DNA from: Pristiophorus japonicus
Lineage: Eukaryota
Assembly: GCF_044704955.1 (NCBI RefSeq)
Contig: NC_091997.1
Location: 15,500,001 to 15,564,000, forward strand
DNA: 64,000 nt
Direction: 5' to 3'
This document shows, in pieces, positions 25,322 to 38,197 of this stretch (within the stretch, counting starts at the first letter, position 1; every line of letters begins with the position of its first letter). A program made the position numbers and the translations under genes. Under the pieces are notes generated by a model. That model was given only the letters and a program-made list of their open reading frames with translations. It had not been told where the DNA came from and did not search any database.

Positions 25322-25835
25322 AATGTCAGCTGAGGTTAGCATTCTTACTCATGGCCCTGTGGGTTGACAGTTCAACACTGCAGCATTCCAACAATCAGAT
25401 TATGATCTCAGCCGTATAATTGCAAATTGTAGCTAATAGCTTTTCTCAAGGTTTAACTTTTAAAATATCAATGTTAATTATAGTAAAATTTGATTCATTT
25501 CTCAACTAAAATGTAGTGATCGAATGCTAGGGTTAGTTTGTGGAATTTATTTTAACTTTCTCTCCCTCCTGCTTCACCTGCAGATAACGGCCTAGAAATT
25601 TGAGCATGTCCATCATGGCGAGCACAGGGCTCAGTCCCGGTGCATGAACAGTGAGACCCGAGGCACACTCGATAATGGGCCTTGGGTCTCTTTACCATTG
25701 AGTCGGCGTGCTGCGGGCACCAGCACAGTTCACCGCCGAGGTGGGATGGAAGATCAGGCCACTGCCACAGCACCAGCTGCCTTCAGGTAAAGGATTAAAG
25801 GGGGAGGCAATCAGGTTGAGGGAACGACCGGGAAA

Positions 25836-26610
25836 GTGGGACAGCATCAAACAAGAAATTAAGGATGCGTGCAATAAAGGTACAGCAGTTATCATGGGCG
25901 ACTTTAATCTACATATAGATTGGGCTAACCACACTGATAACAATGTGGTGGAGGAGGATTTCCTGGAGTGTATTAGGGATGGTTTTCTAACCAATATGTC
26001 GAGGAACCAACTAGAGGGCTGGCCATCCTAGACTGGGTGATGTGTAATGAGAAAGGACTAATTAGCAATCTTGTTGTGCGAGGCCCCTTGGGGAAAAGTG
26101 ACCATAATATGGTAGAATTTTTTATTAAGATGGAGAGTGACACAGTTAATTCAGAGGCTAGGGTCCTGAACGTAAGGAAAGGTAACTTCGATGGTATGAG
26201 ACATGAATTGGTTAGAATAGACTGGCGAATGATACTTAAACGGTTGACAGTGGATAGGCAATGACAAACATTTAAAGATCACATGGATGAACTTCAACAA
26301 TTGTACATTCCTGTCTGGTGTAAAAATAAAATGGGGAAGGTGGCTCAACCGTGGCTAATAAGGGAAATTAAGGATAGTGTTAAATCCAAGGAAGAAGCAT
26401 ATAAATTGGCCAGAAAAAGCAGCAAACCTGAGGACTGGGAGAATTTTGTAATACAGCAGAGGAGGACAGCGGGTTTAATTAGGAGGGGGAGAATAGAGTA
26501 TGAGAGGAAGCTTGCTGGAAACATTAAAACTGACTGAAATATCTTCTATAGATATGTGAAGAGAAAAAGATTAGTGAAAATGTAGGTCACTTGCAGTCAG
26601 ATTCAGATGA
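25836..26610 (+). mobile_element. CR1 ORF2 internal fragment
   Basis: VIMGDFN..GPLGKSDHNMVEF..PWLIREI. Confidence 0.9.
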
Positions 26611-27109
26611 ATTGGAAGTGTTCAAATAAGAATATGTAATGGTACCATTATGCACATGATGAGATTTCACTGGCTGCTGACATCAGTCACCAAATGAGTG
26701 ACTGTTGTATGCCATGTGGTTTTATGAGATGTGATTCTGTCACCAGGTTGCTGGGATGTCTCCCTCTCTCTGTCTCCCACCGCCAGTAGCTCTCAAGCTC
26801 CTGTGATCTCCATATTCTGCTGCTGTTAGAGGGTGATCTTGGAGGGGACAGCAACAATTGCATGAGGCTCTGGCATCTTTTGCAGCTGATATGTCTGCAA
26901 ATATGCAGAGAATGGAAGAATCACCACCGCGTCGCAGGCAATGGTGATGATATGTTCCTCCATGGAAAGGATGGCCACCTGCATGGAGCAGCAAATGTGC
27001 CACTCACATGAGCACATGCTAGCTGTGGACAACAGATGGCGGAGGCTCATAGACCTCCTCTCAAGGGAGATGTGAATGTTGTCTTCGGCCTTCATCGCCA
27101 CACTGCATG

Positions 27110-27460
27110 GCAGAGGTGCGGCAAATGAGGGTATGGGGCCCAGAAGAACTGAGGGCCCAGGGGCAGCACAGACCTGCCCACACTGCGATATATGTGCGCA
27201 CTAGGTCTATGCAGCAGAGCAGGTTTCCAGTCACCCTGGTTAATCCTTGCCACTGGATAAAGGCCTAGCTCTGTGAAGCCCGTATGGTGGCTGATGAGCA
27301 ACGGTCACCATACGTTAAAAAAATTCACGTACAGGCATCTTCCACCCCCTCAACTGGAGTTCAGGACTGGAACATCGGGTCCTTCATTGAAACATCTGTA
27401 AACTCTCGTGGAAGCAAGTCATCCTCATTCCAGGGACCGCCGATGATGATGATGATGATG
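27110..27460 (+). mobile_element. RTE-derived SINE-like copy
   Basis: Highly similar to 23960-24288; (ATG)n tail. Confidence 0.85.
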
Positions 27461-28379
27461 CTGTGTAGCTTGGCGTCGCCAGCTCCTTGTTAGCAGGGAA
27501 GTGCGGGTGGCCCACGAGAGGGATGATGGTGAGAGGGGACATTGAAGTGGGGGCTCTTCTAAAAGCACACCTGCTTCTCCCCCATTGTTCCCCCCCTCCC
27601 CCGACCCCCCCAAGTCAGATCTCCACATGCTGCCTTGGATCCCGATGGCCGAGTCTGCCCATAGTGGCAGGAGGAGTTGACATTTCCGAGGCCATCACAA
27701 GCTCCAAAACCCAGAGGACATTCACCAAAAGTGTCTAACCAGTTACAGCAGGGATGTGAGCAGCCTGCCTCTACCTCTGCTGAAGCTGCAGGGGTTGCAC
27801 CTTGTAGAAGCACTTGGAAAAGAAAAATGACACAAAAGTGGATGCACAAAAGTATGCACATGGGTGTACCAAAAAATGTTAGTGGTAAGTTTCAGTTATT
27901 TTGATGACACAAATAAATGTTTTTCTTTTCACCACTTTAGGGTCTTGTCCATTTTTGCCTCAAACCTTGGAAGAGGCTTTGTGAATGGTGCGACATCATT
28001 TAACCTTTGGGGCTTTAGATGAGTGGAATGGATTGGTCATTGGAGGGCTGCTTTATGGTGTTGTTGGGGGACAGGGGGACTTAGTACAGCATGTAGTAGG
28101 CACGTGGCAAGTTAAGTAAATCTGGGAATGATGAGACCATCCCGGGCCTCCCAGGCAATAAATAAAGCTTCTGTTGATAAATATTGGAGGCACTTGGTTC
28201 AGGTTTTTGAACAATACAACAATACCTTCCTCTATTCTTCTGTTGCCTTCCTCTATTCAGCTGAGCCAAAGCTTGCAATTCTAACTACAGCTCTTTACAA
28301 CAATAATAAATGGATTCATCTTAATGCAAAAGTGAGAACAATCTGAACTAGTGCCAGAACAAAATAATACTGTTGCCAT

Positions 28380-28672
28380 GGTAATAATATATTGATAGGC
28401 CATTCTCTATCGTTTACTAATGTCATCAGAATAAAGATATTTTTTTGAATTTCATGCTTCCATTGAGGGGCCTCAACCACTGGTAGGTAATGCGTAGCAG
28501 ATATTTGACATGCACTTCAATTTTCTGACCAAATTTGAAAAGCACTCCCAGTTGGCATGGTCCAAAGAGAATGCAAAGTCTCAAATTTACCTGAATAAAC
28601 CATTTCTGAAAACTAGTAAGGGCTTGTTTGTTTTTCTCTTTGAGCATAAAAGATCTTAAGGCTAGATTATCT
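28380..28672 (+). pseudogene. Endogenous totivirus-like capsid (copy 4), N-terminus
   Basis: SFTNVIRIKIFF (28410-45) ~ TFVAHNRVRTDF. After a frameshift in poly-T, LVGNA*QIFDMHFNFLTKFEK (from 28480) ~ LVGNPTVCFNEGSSYLEGIAK with identical spacing. Confidence 0.6.
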
Positions 28673-28674
28673 TA

Positions 28675-31595
28675 GAAACATAGAAAATAAGTGCAGGAGT
28701 AGGCTATTCGGCCCTTCGAGCCCGGAACACCATTCAATATGATCATGGCTGATCATGCAACTTCAGTACCCCCTTCCTGCTTTCTCGCCATACCCCTTGA
28801 TTCCTTTAGCCGTAAGGGCCATATCTAACTTCCTTTGAATATATCTAACGAACTGGCCTCAACAACTTTCTGCGGTAGAGAATTCCACAGGTTCACAACT
28901 CTCTGAGTGAAGAAGTTTCTCCTCATCTCGGTCCTAAATGGCTTACCCCTTATCCTTAGACTGTGACTCCTGGTTCTGGACTTCCCCCAACATCGGGAAC
29001 ACTCTTCCTGCATCCAACCTGTCTAATCCCGTCAGAATTTTATATGTTTCTATGAGATCCCCTCTCATTCTTCTAAATTCCAGTCTTTCCAGTCGATCCA
29101 GTCTTTCCTCATATGTCAGTCCCGCCATCCCGGTAATCAGTCTGGTGAACCTTCGCTGCACTCCCTCAATAGCAAGAATGTCCTTCCTCAGATTAAGAGA
29201 CAAAAACTGTACAGAATATTCAAGGTGTGGCCTCACCAAGGCCCTGTACAACTGCAGCAAAACCTCGCTGCGCCTTTACTCAAATCCTCTCGCTATGAAG
29301 GCCAACATGCCATTTGCCTTCTTCATCGCCTGCTGTACCTGCTTGCCAACTTTCAATGACTGATGTACCATGACACCCAGGTCTCGTTGCACCTCCCCTT
29401 TTCCTAATCTGTCACCATTCAGATAATATTCTGCCTCCCTGTTTTTGCCACCAAAGTGGATAATCTCACATTTATCCACATTAAGCTGCATCTGCCATGC
29501 ATTTGCCCATTCACTTAACCTGTCCAAGTCACCCTGCAACTTCTTAGCATCCTCCTCACAGCTCACACTGCCACCCAGCTTAGTGTCATCTGCAAACTTG
29601 GAAATATTACACTCAATTCCTTTGTCCAAATCATTAATGTATATTGTAAGTAGCTGGGGGCCCAGCACTGAACCTTGTGGTACACCACTAGTCACTGCCT
29701 GCCATTCTGAAAAGGACCCGTTTATTCCCACTCTTTGCTTCCTGTCTGCCAACCAGTTCTCTATCCACATCAATACATTACCCCCAATACCATGTGCTTT
29801 AATTTTGCACACTAATCTCTTGTGTGGGACCTTGTCAAAAGCCTTTTGAAAATCCAAATACACCACATCCACTGGTTCTCCCTTGTCCACTCTACCAGTC
29901 ACATCCTCAAAAAATTCTAGAAGATTTGTCAAGCATGATTTCCCTTTCATAAATCCATGCTGACTTGGACCGATCCTGTCATTGCTTTCCAAATGCGCTG
30001 CTATTGCGTCTTTAATAATTGATTCTAACATTTTCCCCACTACCGATGTGAGGCTAACTGGTCTATAAATCCCTAATTTCTCTCTCCCTCCTTTTTTAAA
30101 AAGTGGGGTTACATTAGCTACCCTCCAATCCATAGGAACTGATCCAGAGTCTATAGAATGTTGGAAAATGACCACCAATGCATCCACTAGTTCTCGGGCC
30201 ACTTCCTTAAGTACTCTGGGATGCATACTATCAGGCCCTGGGAATTTATCAGCCTTCAAGCCCATCAATTTCCCTAACACAATTTCCTGACTAATAAGGA
30301 TTTCCTTCAGTTCCTCCTTCTCTCTAGACCCTCGGTCCCTAGTATTTCCGGAAGGTTATTTGTGTCTTCCTTAATGAAGACAGATCCAAAGTATTTGTTT
30401 AACTGGTCTGCCATTTCTTTGTTCCCCATTATAAATTCACCTGATTTTGACTGCAAGGGACCTACATTTGTCTTCACTAATCTTTTTCTCTTCACATATC
30501 TATAGAGGCTTTTGCAGTCAATTTTTATGTTCTCTGCAAGCTTACTCTCATACTCTATTTTCCCCCTCCTAATTCAACCCTTTGTCCTCCTCTGCTGAAT
30601 TCTAAATTTCTCCCAGTCCTCAGGTTTGCTGCTTTTTCTGGCCAATTTATATGCCTCTTCCTTGGATTTAACGCTATCCCTAATTTCCCTTGTTAGCCAT
30701 GGTTGAGCTATCTTCCCCGTTTTATTTTTACGCCAGACAGGGGTGTACAATTGTTGAAGTTCAACCATGTGATCTTTAAATCTCTGCCATTGCCCATCCA
30801 CTGTCAACCCTTTAAGTATCATTCGGCAGTTTTTCCTAGCCAATTCACGTCTCATACCATCGAAGTTACCTTTCTTTAAGTTCAGGACCCTAGTCTCTGA
30901 ATTAACTGTGTCACTCTCCATCTTAATGAAGAATTCTACCATATTATGGTCACCCTTCCCCAAGGGGCCTTACACAACAAGATTGCTAATTAATCCTCTC
31001 TCATTACACAAGACCCAGTCTAGGATGGCCTGCTCTCAATTGGTTCCATAAGAACATAAGAACATAAGACATATTGGTCTAGAAAACCATCTCTTATATA
31101 CTCCAGGAAACCCTCCTCCACTGTGTTGCTACCAGTTTGGTTAGCCCAATCTATATGTAGATAAAAGCCACCCATGATAACTGCTGTACCTTTATTGCAA
31201 GCATCCCTAATTTCCTGTTTGATGCCATCCCCAACCTCACAGTCACTGTTTGGTGATCTGTACACAATTCCCACTAGTGTTTTCTACCCTTTGATGTTCC
31301 GCAGCTCTACCCATACAGATTCTACATCATCCAAGCTAATGTCCTTCCTTACTATTGCGTTAATCTCCTCTTTAACCAGCAACGGTACCCCACCTCCTTT
31401 TCCTTCCTGTCTATCCTTCCTGAATATTGAATACCCCTGGATGTTGAGTTCCCAGCCTTGGTCACCCTGGAGCCATGTCTCTGTAATCCCAATTACATCA
31501 TATCCGTTAACAGCTATCTGCGCAGTTAATTCATCCACCTTTTTACGAATGCTCCTCGCATTGAGACACAGAGCCTTCAGGCTTGTTTTTTTAAC
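28675..31595 (-). mobile_element. CR1 LINE, near-complete ORF2, disrupted
   Basis: Minus ORFs 31284-31538 (ITETW), 30574-30963 and 29276-30280 (FADD); tail at 28675. Confidence 0.97.
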
Positions 31596-33475
31596 AATCT
31601 TATTGAGCTATGCCAAATAGCTGGGCAAGAAATATAACTGGAGCCGATCCATTGGCTCCATATGCATGTTATGCTATCGAGAGCTCTGAGGCCCAGCTCA
31701 CTATGAGCAAGATCCAGAACCTAGCTGTCACACGCAATTGTAGCAAAAAGGGGAAACTGTTGAATGGCGGGAGAGCTACAACCAACAGTCATTCTGGATA
31801 AAAATTCATACACATCTCAACTAAATCTCTACCAACGCTCCTCACACGAGCACCTGAATGAAGTAGCTCGATGTAAGAAAGCCTGGTGTGTGATTTAGGA
31901 TTGGACATCAAGGAGGCTGGCACGTTGTATGTTGCCGCTGGCTCCCTGCTCAGACCCAATCGCCATTTCTCCACCACCCTTCCCCTGGTCAGACTATACC
32001 TTGCATACAGTGTTCAGCTTTGGTCAACAAGACGTAAGGGCACTTTCAAGCCATGTTGTCATTGCAGAAAAGAGCATGAGGCTGATCCATGGATTGAGTT
32101 GAGGCTCTGTCTGCTCGCTCAGGTGGATGTAAAATATCCCATGCTATTTTTCAAAGAAGTACTTGGAGTTTTCGTGGTGTCTTGGCCAACATTCCCCCAA
32201 CCAGTATCATTAGAAAGAATTCATCTGTTCATTCATTCATTTGCATCTTGCACAAAGTAGCTGTCACAGTTGTCCACATAACAAAAATGCCCGTTCTTCA
32301 AAATTAATTAATTAAGTAAAGCACTTTGCGATAGCCTGCAGACATGATAAGGTGTTATATAAATGCAAGTTATTTCTTTCTTAGAGTTATTATTAAGATG
32401 TGAACTTCACCTACAAAAATCATTGACAAGAGGTTTTTTGATGGATTTTGTTAAGGCAGGTGTTTTCATGAGCTGCTGTGGTGTACACCATGGGGCCTTG
32501 CAGGACACATATTGGCTAAGAACTCCTGCTGTCCCATCACCAATGCTTTGGTGGAACTTGGGTGTACAGGGGCAGCAAATAGATGCAGGATGTGCTTTGT
32601 CCCATCGACACCCATTTTCACGTGCCACTGATTTTCCATAGGCACAACTTGCTGCCCACCAATATACAGCAGCTGTAATGTAAGCAGATGCAAACTAGCC
32701 AAATATGGCTCTAAACTACTTCCCATCATTTCTGCAACAGCAATGCAGGTTGCCAAGGACTGTGAGTTGGTCCTTAATGTCCAGCATTGCACTGGCATCA
32801 GAGGGGTGAGGGCAGGCAGAAGTTTTTATAGGCTTAAAAGCCTGGCACATAGATTGCCGAATAATTGATGGCACAGGCCAGGTGAATTTTTTTAACATTC
32901 ACCAGCAGTTTAGATGTTGATAAGCTCTACCCCCATTCCAGCCAATCTCCCAAGGGGAGGCCGGGGGAGTCTGCCTGCAATATATTAGTGACCTCAATGT
33001 GAAAGACCAGCCGGGGTCAAGAGTACATCTTTGAGGCAGCTGGAAGTTCGCCACAAATGCACCAAAAGCAGAAAATCTAGGCTACAAAGATTAAATTAAT
33101 ATTCCCATAATAAGAATATAAGAAATAGGAGTAGGAGTAGGCCATATGTCCCCTCGATCCTGCTCCGCCATTCAATAAGATCACGGCTGGTCTTCTATAT
33201 CATCTCTACTTTTCCGCCCTATCTCAAGTTTCTGATAAGAACAGATGTTGGTGCTCCGATTCAGCATTTATCTACCAATGTGGCAATGCCATTGAGGACA
33301 GCCTTTCACAAATCTATAGGCCCACAAAACTCAAACAAGACAAGCCAGCAGGCAAGAAATATAAGTGCAATTGGAATTGGCCTGCCTGGTCCTAGATGGT
33401 GAGATTGCCAGGCCCACAGCCACATGTGGATACCACTCCTTTAAAGCAACATCTTTAAAGTTGACTGATTGTATT
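31596..33475 (+). pseudogene. Endogenous totivirus-like capsid (copy 4), central and C-terminal parts, interrupted by CR1/SINE fragments (~31938-32380, 33111-33225)
   Basis: LTMSK ~ MMMSK; FVKAGVFMSCCG (32447) ~ FVQAALACCTG; PAVPSP ~ PVACSP; WSLMSSIALA ~ WKLAWALRVA; HIDCRIIDG (32846) ~ HIPEFVTDG; VNFFNIHQQFRC**ALPPF (32882) ~ VFVTAIERRARHFVELPRL. One frame runs ~240 codons with scattered stops. Confidence 0.7.
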
Positions 33476-33857
33476 CATCATCATAGGCAGTCCCTCGAAT
33501 CGAGGATGACTTGCTTCCATGTCAAAAAGTTCACAGGTGTTTCAATGAAGGACCTAAAATTCCAGGTCCCGAACTAAATCTTGAAGGGTGGAAGATGCCT
33601 GTGCGAGGATTTTTTTTAACATGTGGTGACCGTTGCACACCAGCCACCACACGGGCTTGACAGAGCTAGGTCTTGGTCCAGTAGCAAGGATTAACCAAGA
33701 CGACTGGAGACCAGCTCTGCTGCACAGACCTAGTGCGCACACATATCGCGGTGTGGGCTGGCCCGTGCTGCCCCTGGGCCCTCGCCTCTTCTAGGTCCCG
33801 AAGTCACGCCTCTCCTGGGCCCCAATCACGTCCCTCTACAATCTCTCGTCACTCCTT
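33476..33857 (-). mobile_element. RTE-derived SINE-like copy
   Basis: Reverse complement of the 23960-24288 family; ttgtatt-like duplication at the flanks. Confidence 0.85.
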
Positions 33858-34045
33858 TGTATTGTATTAATAATTCCTTGGACAGGCAAAAAGACGAATA
33901 TGAAGGCAGTGTATCATTTGCAGAAATATTTGTTATATTCCATATTATATGTTGACATGTCCTATTTGTAATAGAAACATAGAAACATAGAAGCAAATAT
34001 ATTTGCTGACAAGCCATATTCGAAGGAGAGCTTAAAATAATTATA
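33858..34045 (+). pseudogene. Totivirus-like Pol N-terminus (copy 4)
   Basis: VSFAEIFVIFHII (~33911) ~ VSRQKATHFLFDIV; lies directly downstream of the capsid remnant. Confidence 0.4.
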
Positions 34046-34619
34046 AGAACATAAGAACATAAGAAATAGGAGCAGTAGGAGGCCATTTGGCCACTCAAGC
34101 CTGCTCCGACATTCAATAAGATCATGGCTGATCTGATCATGGACTCAGCTCCACTTCCCTGCCCGCTCTCCATAACCATTTACTCCCTTATTGCACAAAA
34201 ATCTGTCTATCTCTGCCTTAAATATATTCAATGACCCGGCCTCCACAGCTCTCTGGGGCAGAGAATTCCATAGATTTACAACCTTCTGAGAGAAGAAATT
34301 TCTCCTCAACTCAGTTTTAAATGAGCAGTCCCCTTATTCTAAGACTAGCACCCTAGTTTTAGTTTCCCCAATGAGTGGAAATATTTGTCATGTATTCAAC
34401 CAACATTGTAACCCATGTATAAACTGACCTAAGTTGTACACCGTGAGAACACTGACCACTAGGTGGGAGACACTCCTAACCTGGACCTTCAGGTATAAAA
34501 GGGGAAGCTCCACCCACCTTCATCACTTGAGTGCTAAGGAATAAAGGACAGGTCACAGACTGACCTTCTCTCAAGCATGGGCCTCGTGTGCATTTATACT
34601 GTGTAGTAAGGATGTATCA

Positions 34620-35501
34620 ATGGTGACAAGAAACTGGGATTTAAACCACGCGAGCATGGCCACTAGCAGAACAGACGAGAGGTACTGTGTTAAGGAATGG
34701 TTGGGACAGAGATTCAACATTGTTAAAGCAGCACACAGTTCTCCAGGCAGACAAGGGCAGTCAGGCATGCCCCAACATGTAGTCGAACCCAGAGGGGGTG
34801 TTCGACAGAGACAATGGCAAGCTGAACAGCGATTCACGCCATTGCAAGGGACAATGCGGCCAGTAATGGGGCCATCAACACCTGTTAATGATGCACTCAA
34901 GGACAACAACAGGGGCAGTCAGGGACGATCGACTGGCAAGGGACCTTTTGTTTCAAACCGCAACTCATGCTGGAGGCATGGAGGCATATATTCAGCCGGA
35001 GTTTGCAGAGATGAGCAAAATACCTGCAGAAATTGCAGAAATGGACACTGGGGGAAATCGCTGGAAGCTGAAGTTCAGCGAGTTCATGTGGAGCACGTGT
35101 ACAGTTCATACATCAGGACGCCACCGACAATGATGAAAGTACTCCTCAATGGCATCCCAGTATCAATGGAGTTAGACACGGGTGCCAGCCAGTCCCTGAT
35201 GGGTATCAAACAGTTCGAAAAGTTGTGGGCATCCAAGGCCAGGAGGCCAAAATTATCGCCGATTGACGCACAGCTACGGACTTACACAAAGCAGATCATT
35301 CCGGTGCTAGGCAGCGCCACGGTAGTCATGACCCACAAAGATTCGGAGAACAGGTTGCCACTCTGGATTGTCCCAGGGGACGGTCCCACACGACTGGGGA
35401 GGAGTTGGCTTGCTGTCATGAACTGGAAATGGGGCGATGTCAATGCAATTTCCTCTGTGGAGCGAGTATCATGCTCACAGGTCCTGGACAAATTTGACTA
35501 A
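34620..35501 (+). CDS. gag: Gypsy shortened Gag + aspartic protease
   Basis: Degenerate zinc knuckle CWRHGG..C..CRNCRNGH and protease LDTGA. The gag segment is very short. Confidence 0.8.
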   Translation: MVTRNWDLNHASMATSRTDERYCVKEWLGQRFNIVKAAHSSPGRQGQSGMPQHVVEPRGGVRQRQWQAEQRFTPLQGTMRPVMGPSTPVNDALKDNNRGSQGRSTGKGPFVSNRNSCWRHGGIYSAGVCRDEQNTCRNCRNGHWGKSLEAEVQRVHVEHVYSSYIRTPPTMMKVLLNGIPVSMELDTGASQSLMGIKQFEKLWASKARRPKLSPIDAQLRTYTKQIIPVLGSATVVMTHKDSENRLPLWIVPGDGPTRLGRSWLAVMNWKWGDVNAISSVERVSCSQVLDKFD

Positions 35502-35528
35502 TTATTTCAACCCGGCATTGGCACTTTC

Positions 35529-38197
35529 ATGGGGACCAAGGTAGTGATTCACCGAAACCCGGACGCCAGACCAGTACACCACAAGGCCAGAGCGGTGCCG
35601 TACGTGATGCGGGAAAAGATAGAAGGCGAATTGGAATGCCTGTTGAGGGAAGGCATCATCTCACCAGTTGAATTTAGTGACTGGGCGAGCCCGATTGTGC
35701 CGGTGCTCAAGGCGGATGGGTCGGTCAGGATATGTGGCGATTACAAGGCCACCATCAATCGGGTGTCACTCCAAGACCAGTACCCGCTACTGAGGGCAGA
35801 GGACCTCTTTGCGACGCTATCCGGTGGCAAACTTTTTTCAAAATTGGACCTGACCTCAGCTTACATGACCCAGGAGCTGGCGAGTGAGTCGAAGAAGCTG
35901 ACCACCACCACGACACACAAGGGGTTGTTTGAGTACAACAGATGTCCGTTTGGGATTTGCTCGGCTGCCACGATCTTCCAACGAAATATGGAAAGCCTCC
36001 TCAAGTCGATTCCAGGTACGGTGGTTTTTCAGGACGACATCCTCATTACGGGTTACGATACTGAAGAACACCTCCACAACCTGGAGGAGGTGCTACGCAG
36101 ACTGGACCGGGTAGGTCTGCGACTGAAAAAGGTGAAGTGCGTTTTCCTAGCTCCAGAGGTAGAATTCCTGGGGATGAGGATAGCAGCAGACAGGATCAGC
36201 CCTACTGCATCCAAGACGGAAGCGATCCAGAGAGCACCCAGATCCCGTAACACGACGGAGCTGCGTTCGTTCCTGGGGCTCCTGAACTATTTTGGTAACT
36301 TTCTTCCCAAATTGAGCACGCTGCTAGAGCCGCTACACGTGCTCATACGCAAAGGTCGTGAATGGGTCTGGGGGGACAGCCAGGAAAGAGCTTTTAATAG
36401 AGCATGCAATTTGTTATGTTCCAACAATCTGTTAACGCTATATGACCCATGTAAGAAACTTGTATTAACGTGCGATGCGTCGTCCTATGGTGTCGGGTGT
36501 GTGTTGCAGCATGTCAATGCCAAGGGTCAGTTACAGCCGGTAGTTTATGCCTCCAGGAGTCTGTCCCAGGCAGAAAGAGGCTACGGGATGGTAGAAAAGG
36601 AGGCGCTCGCATGTGTATATGCGGTAAAGAAAATGCACCAGTACCTGTTTGGCAGGAAATTTGAGCTGGAGACAGATCACAAACCCCTAACGTCCCTTTT
36701 GGCTGACAACAAGACCATAAATGCAAACGCATCGGCCCGCATACAGAGGTGGGCACTCATGTTAGCAGCCTATGACTACACAATTCGGCACAGACCGGGC
36801 ACCGAAAACTGCGCCGATGCACTCAGCAGGCTCCCACTAGCCACCACTGAGGGGGCTACCGAGCATGGTGCTGAGATGGTCATGGCTGTTGAAGCTTTCG
36901 GAAGTGAAGGCTCACCCGTGACAGCCCGTCAGATTAAAGTCTGGACAAATAGAGACCCGCTATTGTCTCTAGTCAAGAAATGTGTCCTGAATGGGGACTG
37001 GGCAGCCACGTACAGGGCATGCCCTGAGAAATTTAAACCATTTCACAGGCACAAGGATGAACTCTCGATTCAGGCCGATTGCCTACTGTGGGGAAACCGC
37101 GTAGTCATGCCCCAGATGGGCAGAGAGGTGTTCATCAGAGAACTCCACAATGGGCACCCGGGCATTGTCACGATGAAGGCAATTGCCAGGTCACACATTT
37201 GGTGGCCAGGGATAGATGCAGACCTGGAACTTTGTGTTCGCAGGTGCAACACGTTTGCCCAGCTTGGCCATGCGCCCAGGGAAGCCCCCCATAGCCCCTA
37301 GCCATGGCCCGCCAAGCCATGGTCACGCATCCATGTGGACTACGCAGGTCCTTTCATGGGGAAAAATGTTTTTGGTTGTAATAGACACCTACTCCAAATG
37401 GATCGAGTGTGACATTTTAAATTCAAGCACATCCTCTGCCACGGTAGAAAGTCTACGGGCAATGTTCGCCGCCCACGGTCTACCGGACATCTTGGTCAGC
37501 GACAATGGCCCGTGCTTCACAAGCACTGAATTCCAGGACTTCATGGCAGGCAATGGAATTAACCATGTTAGAACGGCACCGTTCAAGCCGGCCTCAAACG
37601 GCCAGGCAGAACGAGCAGTGCAGATAATCAAACAGGGGATGCTCAGATTCCAAGGGGGTTTCCCTACAAACCCGCTTATCACGCCTCCTGTTGGCCTACA
37701 GATCCCGACCACACTCGCTCACAGGGGTTCCACCCACAGAGCTACTAATGAAAAGGACGCTCAAAACCCGATTATCCCTTATACACCCCACCATGAAAGA
37801 AATTGTCGAGAGCAGGCGCCAGTCACAATATGACTACCATGACAGGAATGCGAGGGCGCGATGTATTGATGTAAATGATCCTGTTTTTGTCCTCAACTAC
37901 GCTGCAGGGCCCAAATGGCTCGCAGGCACTGTGGTTGCCAAAGAGGGAAATAGGATTCTGGTAGTTAAACTTACCAATGGACAAATCTGCCGCAAACATG
38001 TGGATCAAACAAAAAGGAGGTTCAGCAACCCCATAGAAGAAGCAGAGGAAGAACACGATATAGAGTTCACTCCACCACAGGTGACCGAACACCGGAACCA
38101 AAGGGAGGAGAGCCCAGTCACTGTGGGCAGTCCGGACAGGCCTGAGGCACTGCAAACAGCAGACACTCAGGCCAGCGCCCAACAACCGGAGCCCTAA
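35529..38197 (+). pseudogene. pol: Gypsy Pol (RT, RNase H, integrase); integrase broken by a stop and frameshifts
   Basis: RICGDYK, FQDD, CDASSYG, TDHKPL, ADALSR, H..HPG..WWPG..C, VSDNGP and SNGQAER, spread over ORFs 35529-37301, 37216-37833 and 37691-38197. Confidence 0.95.

Larger units (their letters stand above)
23325..25587 (+). pseudogene. Endogenous totivirus-like capsid (copy 3), decayed, interrupted by an RTE-SINE and an RTE tail
   Basis: FPNWPGWGE (23383-409) ~ YPDWAQFSE; HCALLGPKLSSI (23614-49) ~ HDALVNIPKFGSI; IEP (24542) ..VCNP ..TCNPYAGS (24668-91) ~ IEP..ACSP..TANPYCGN; LWSL (~24990) ~ AWKL; QGL at 25447. Confidence 0.6.

Noticed and set aside
27284-27400. Hammerhead-like CTGATGA...GAAA
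   Set aside because: The other copies read CTGATGT or CTGGTGT, and the required stems are not evident.
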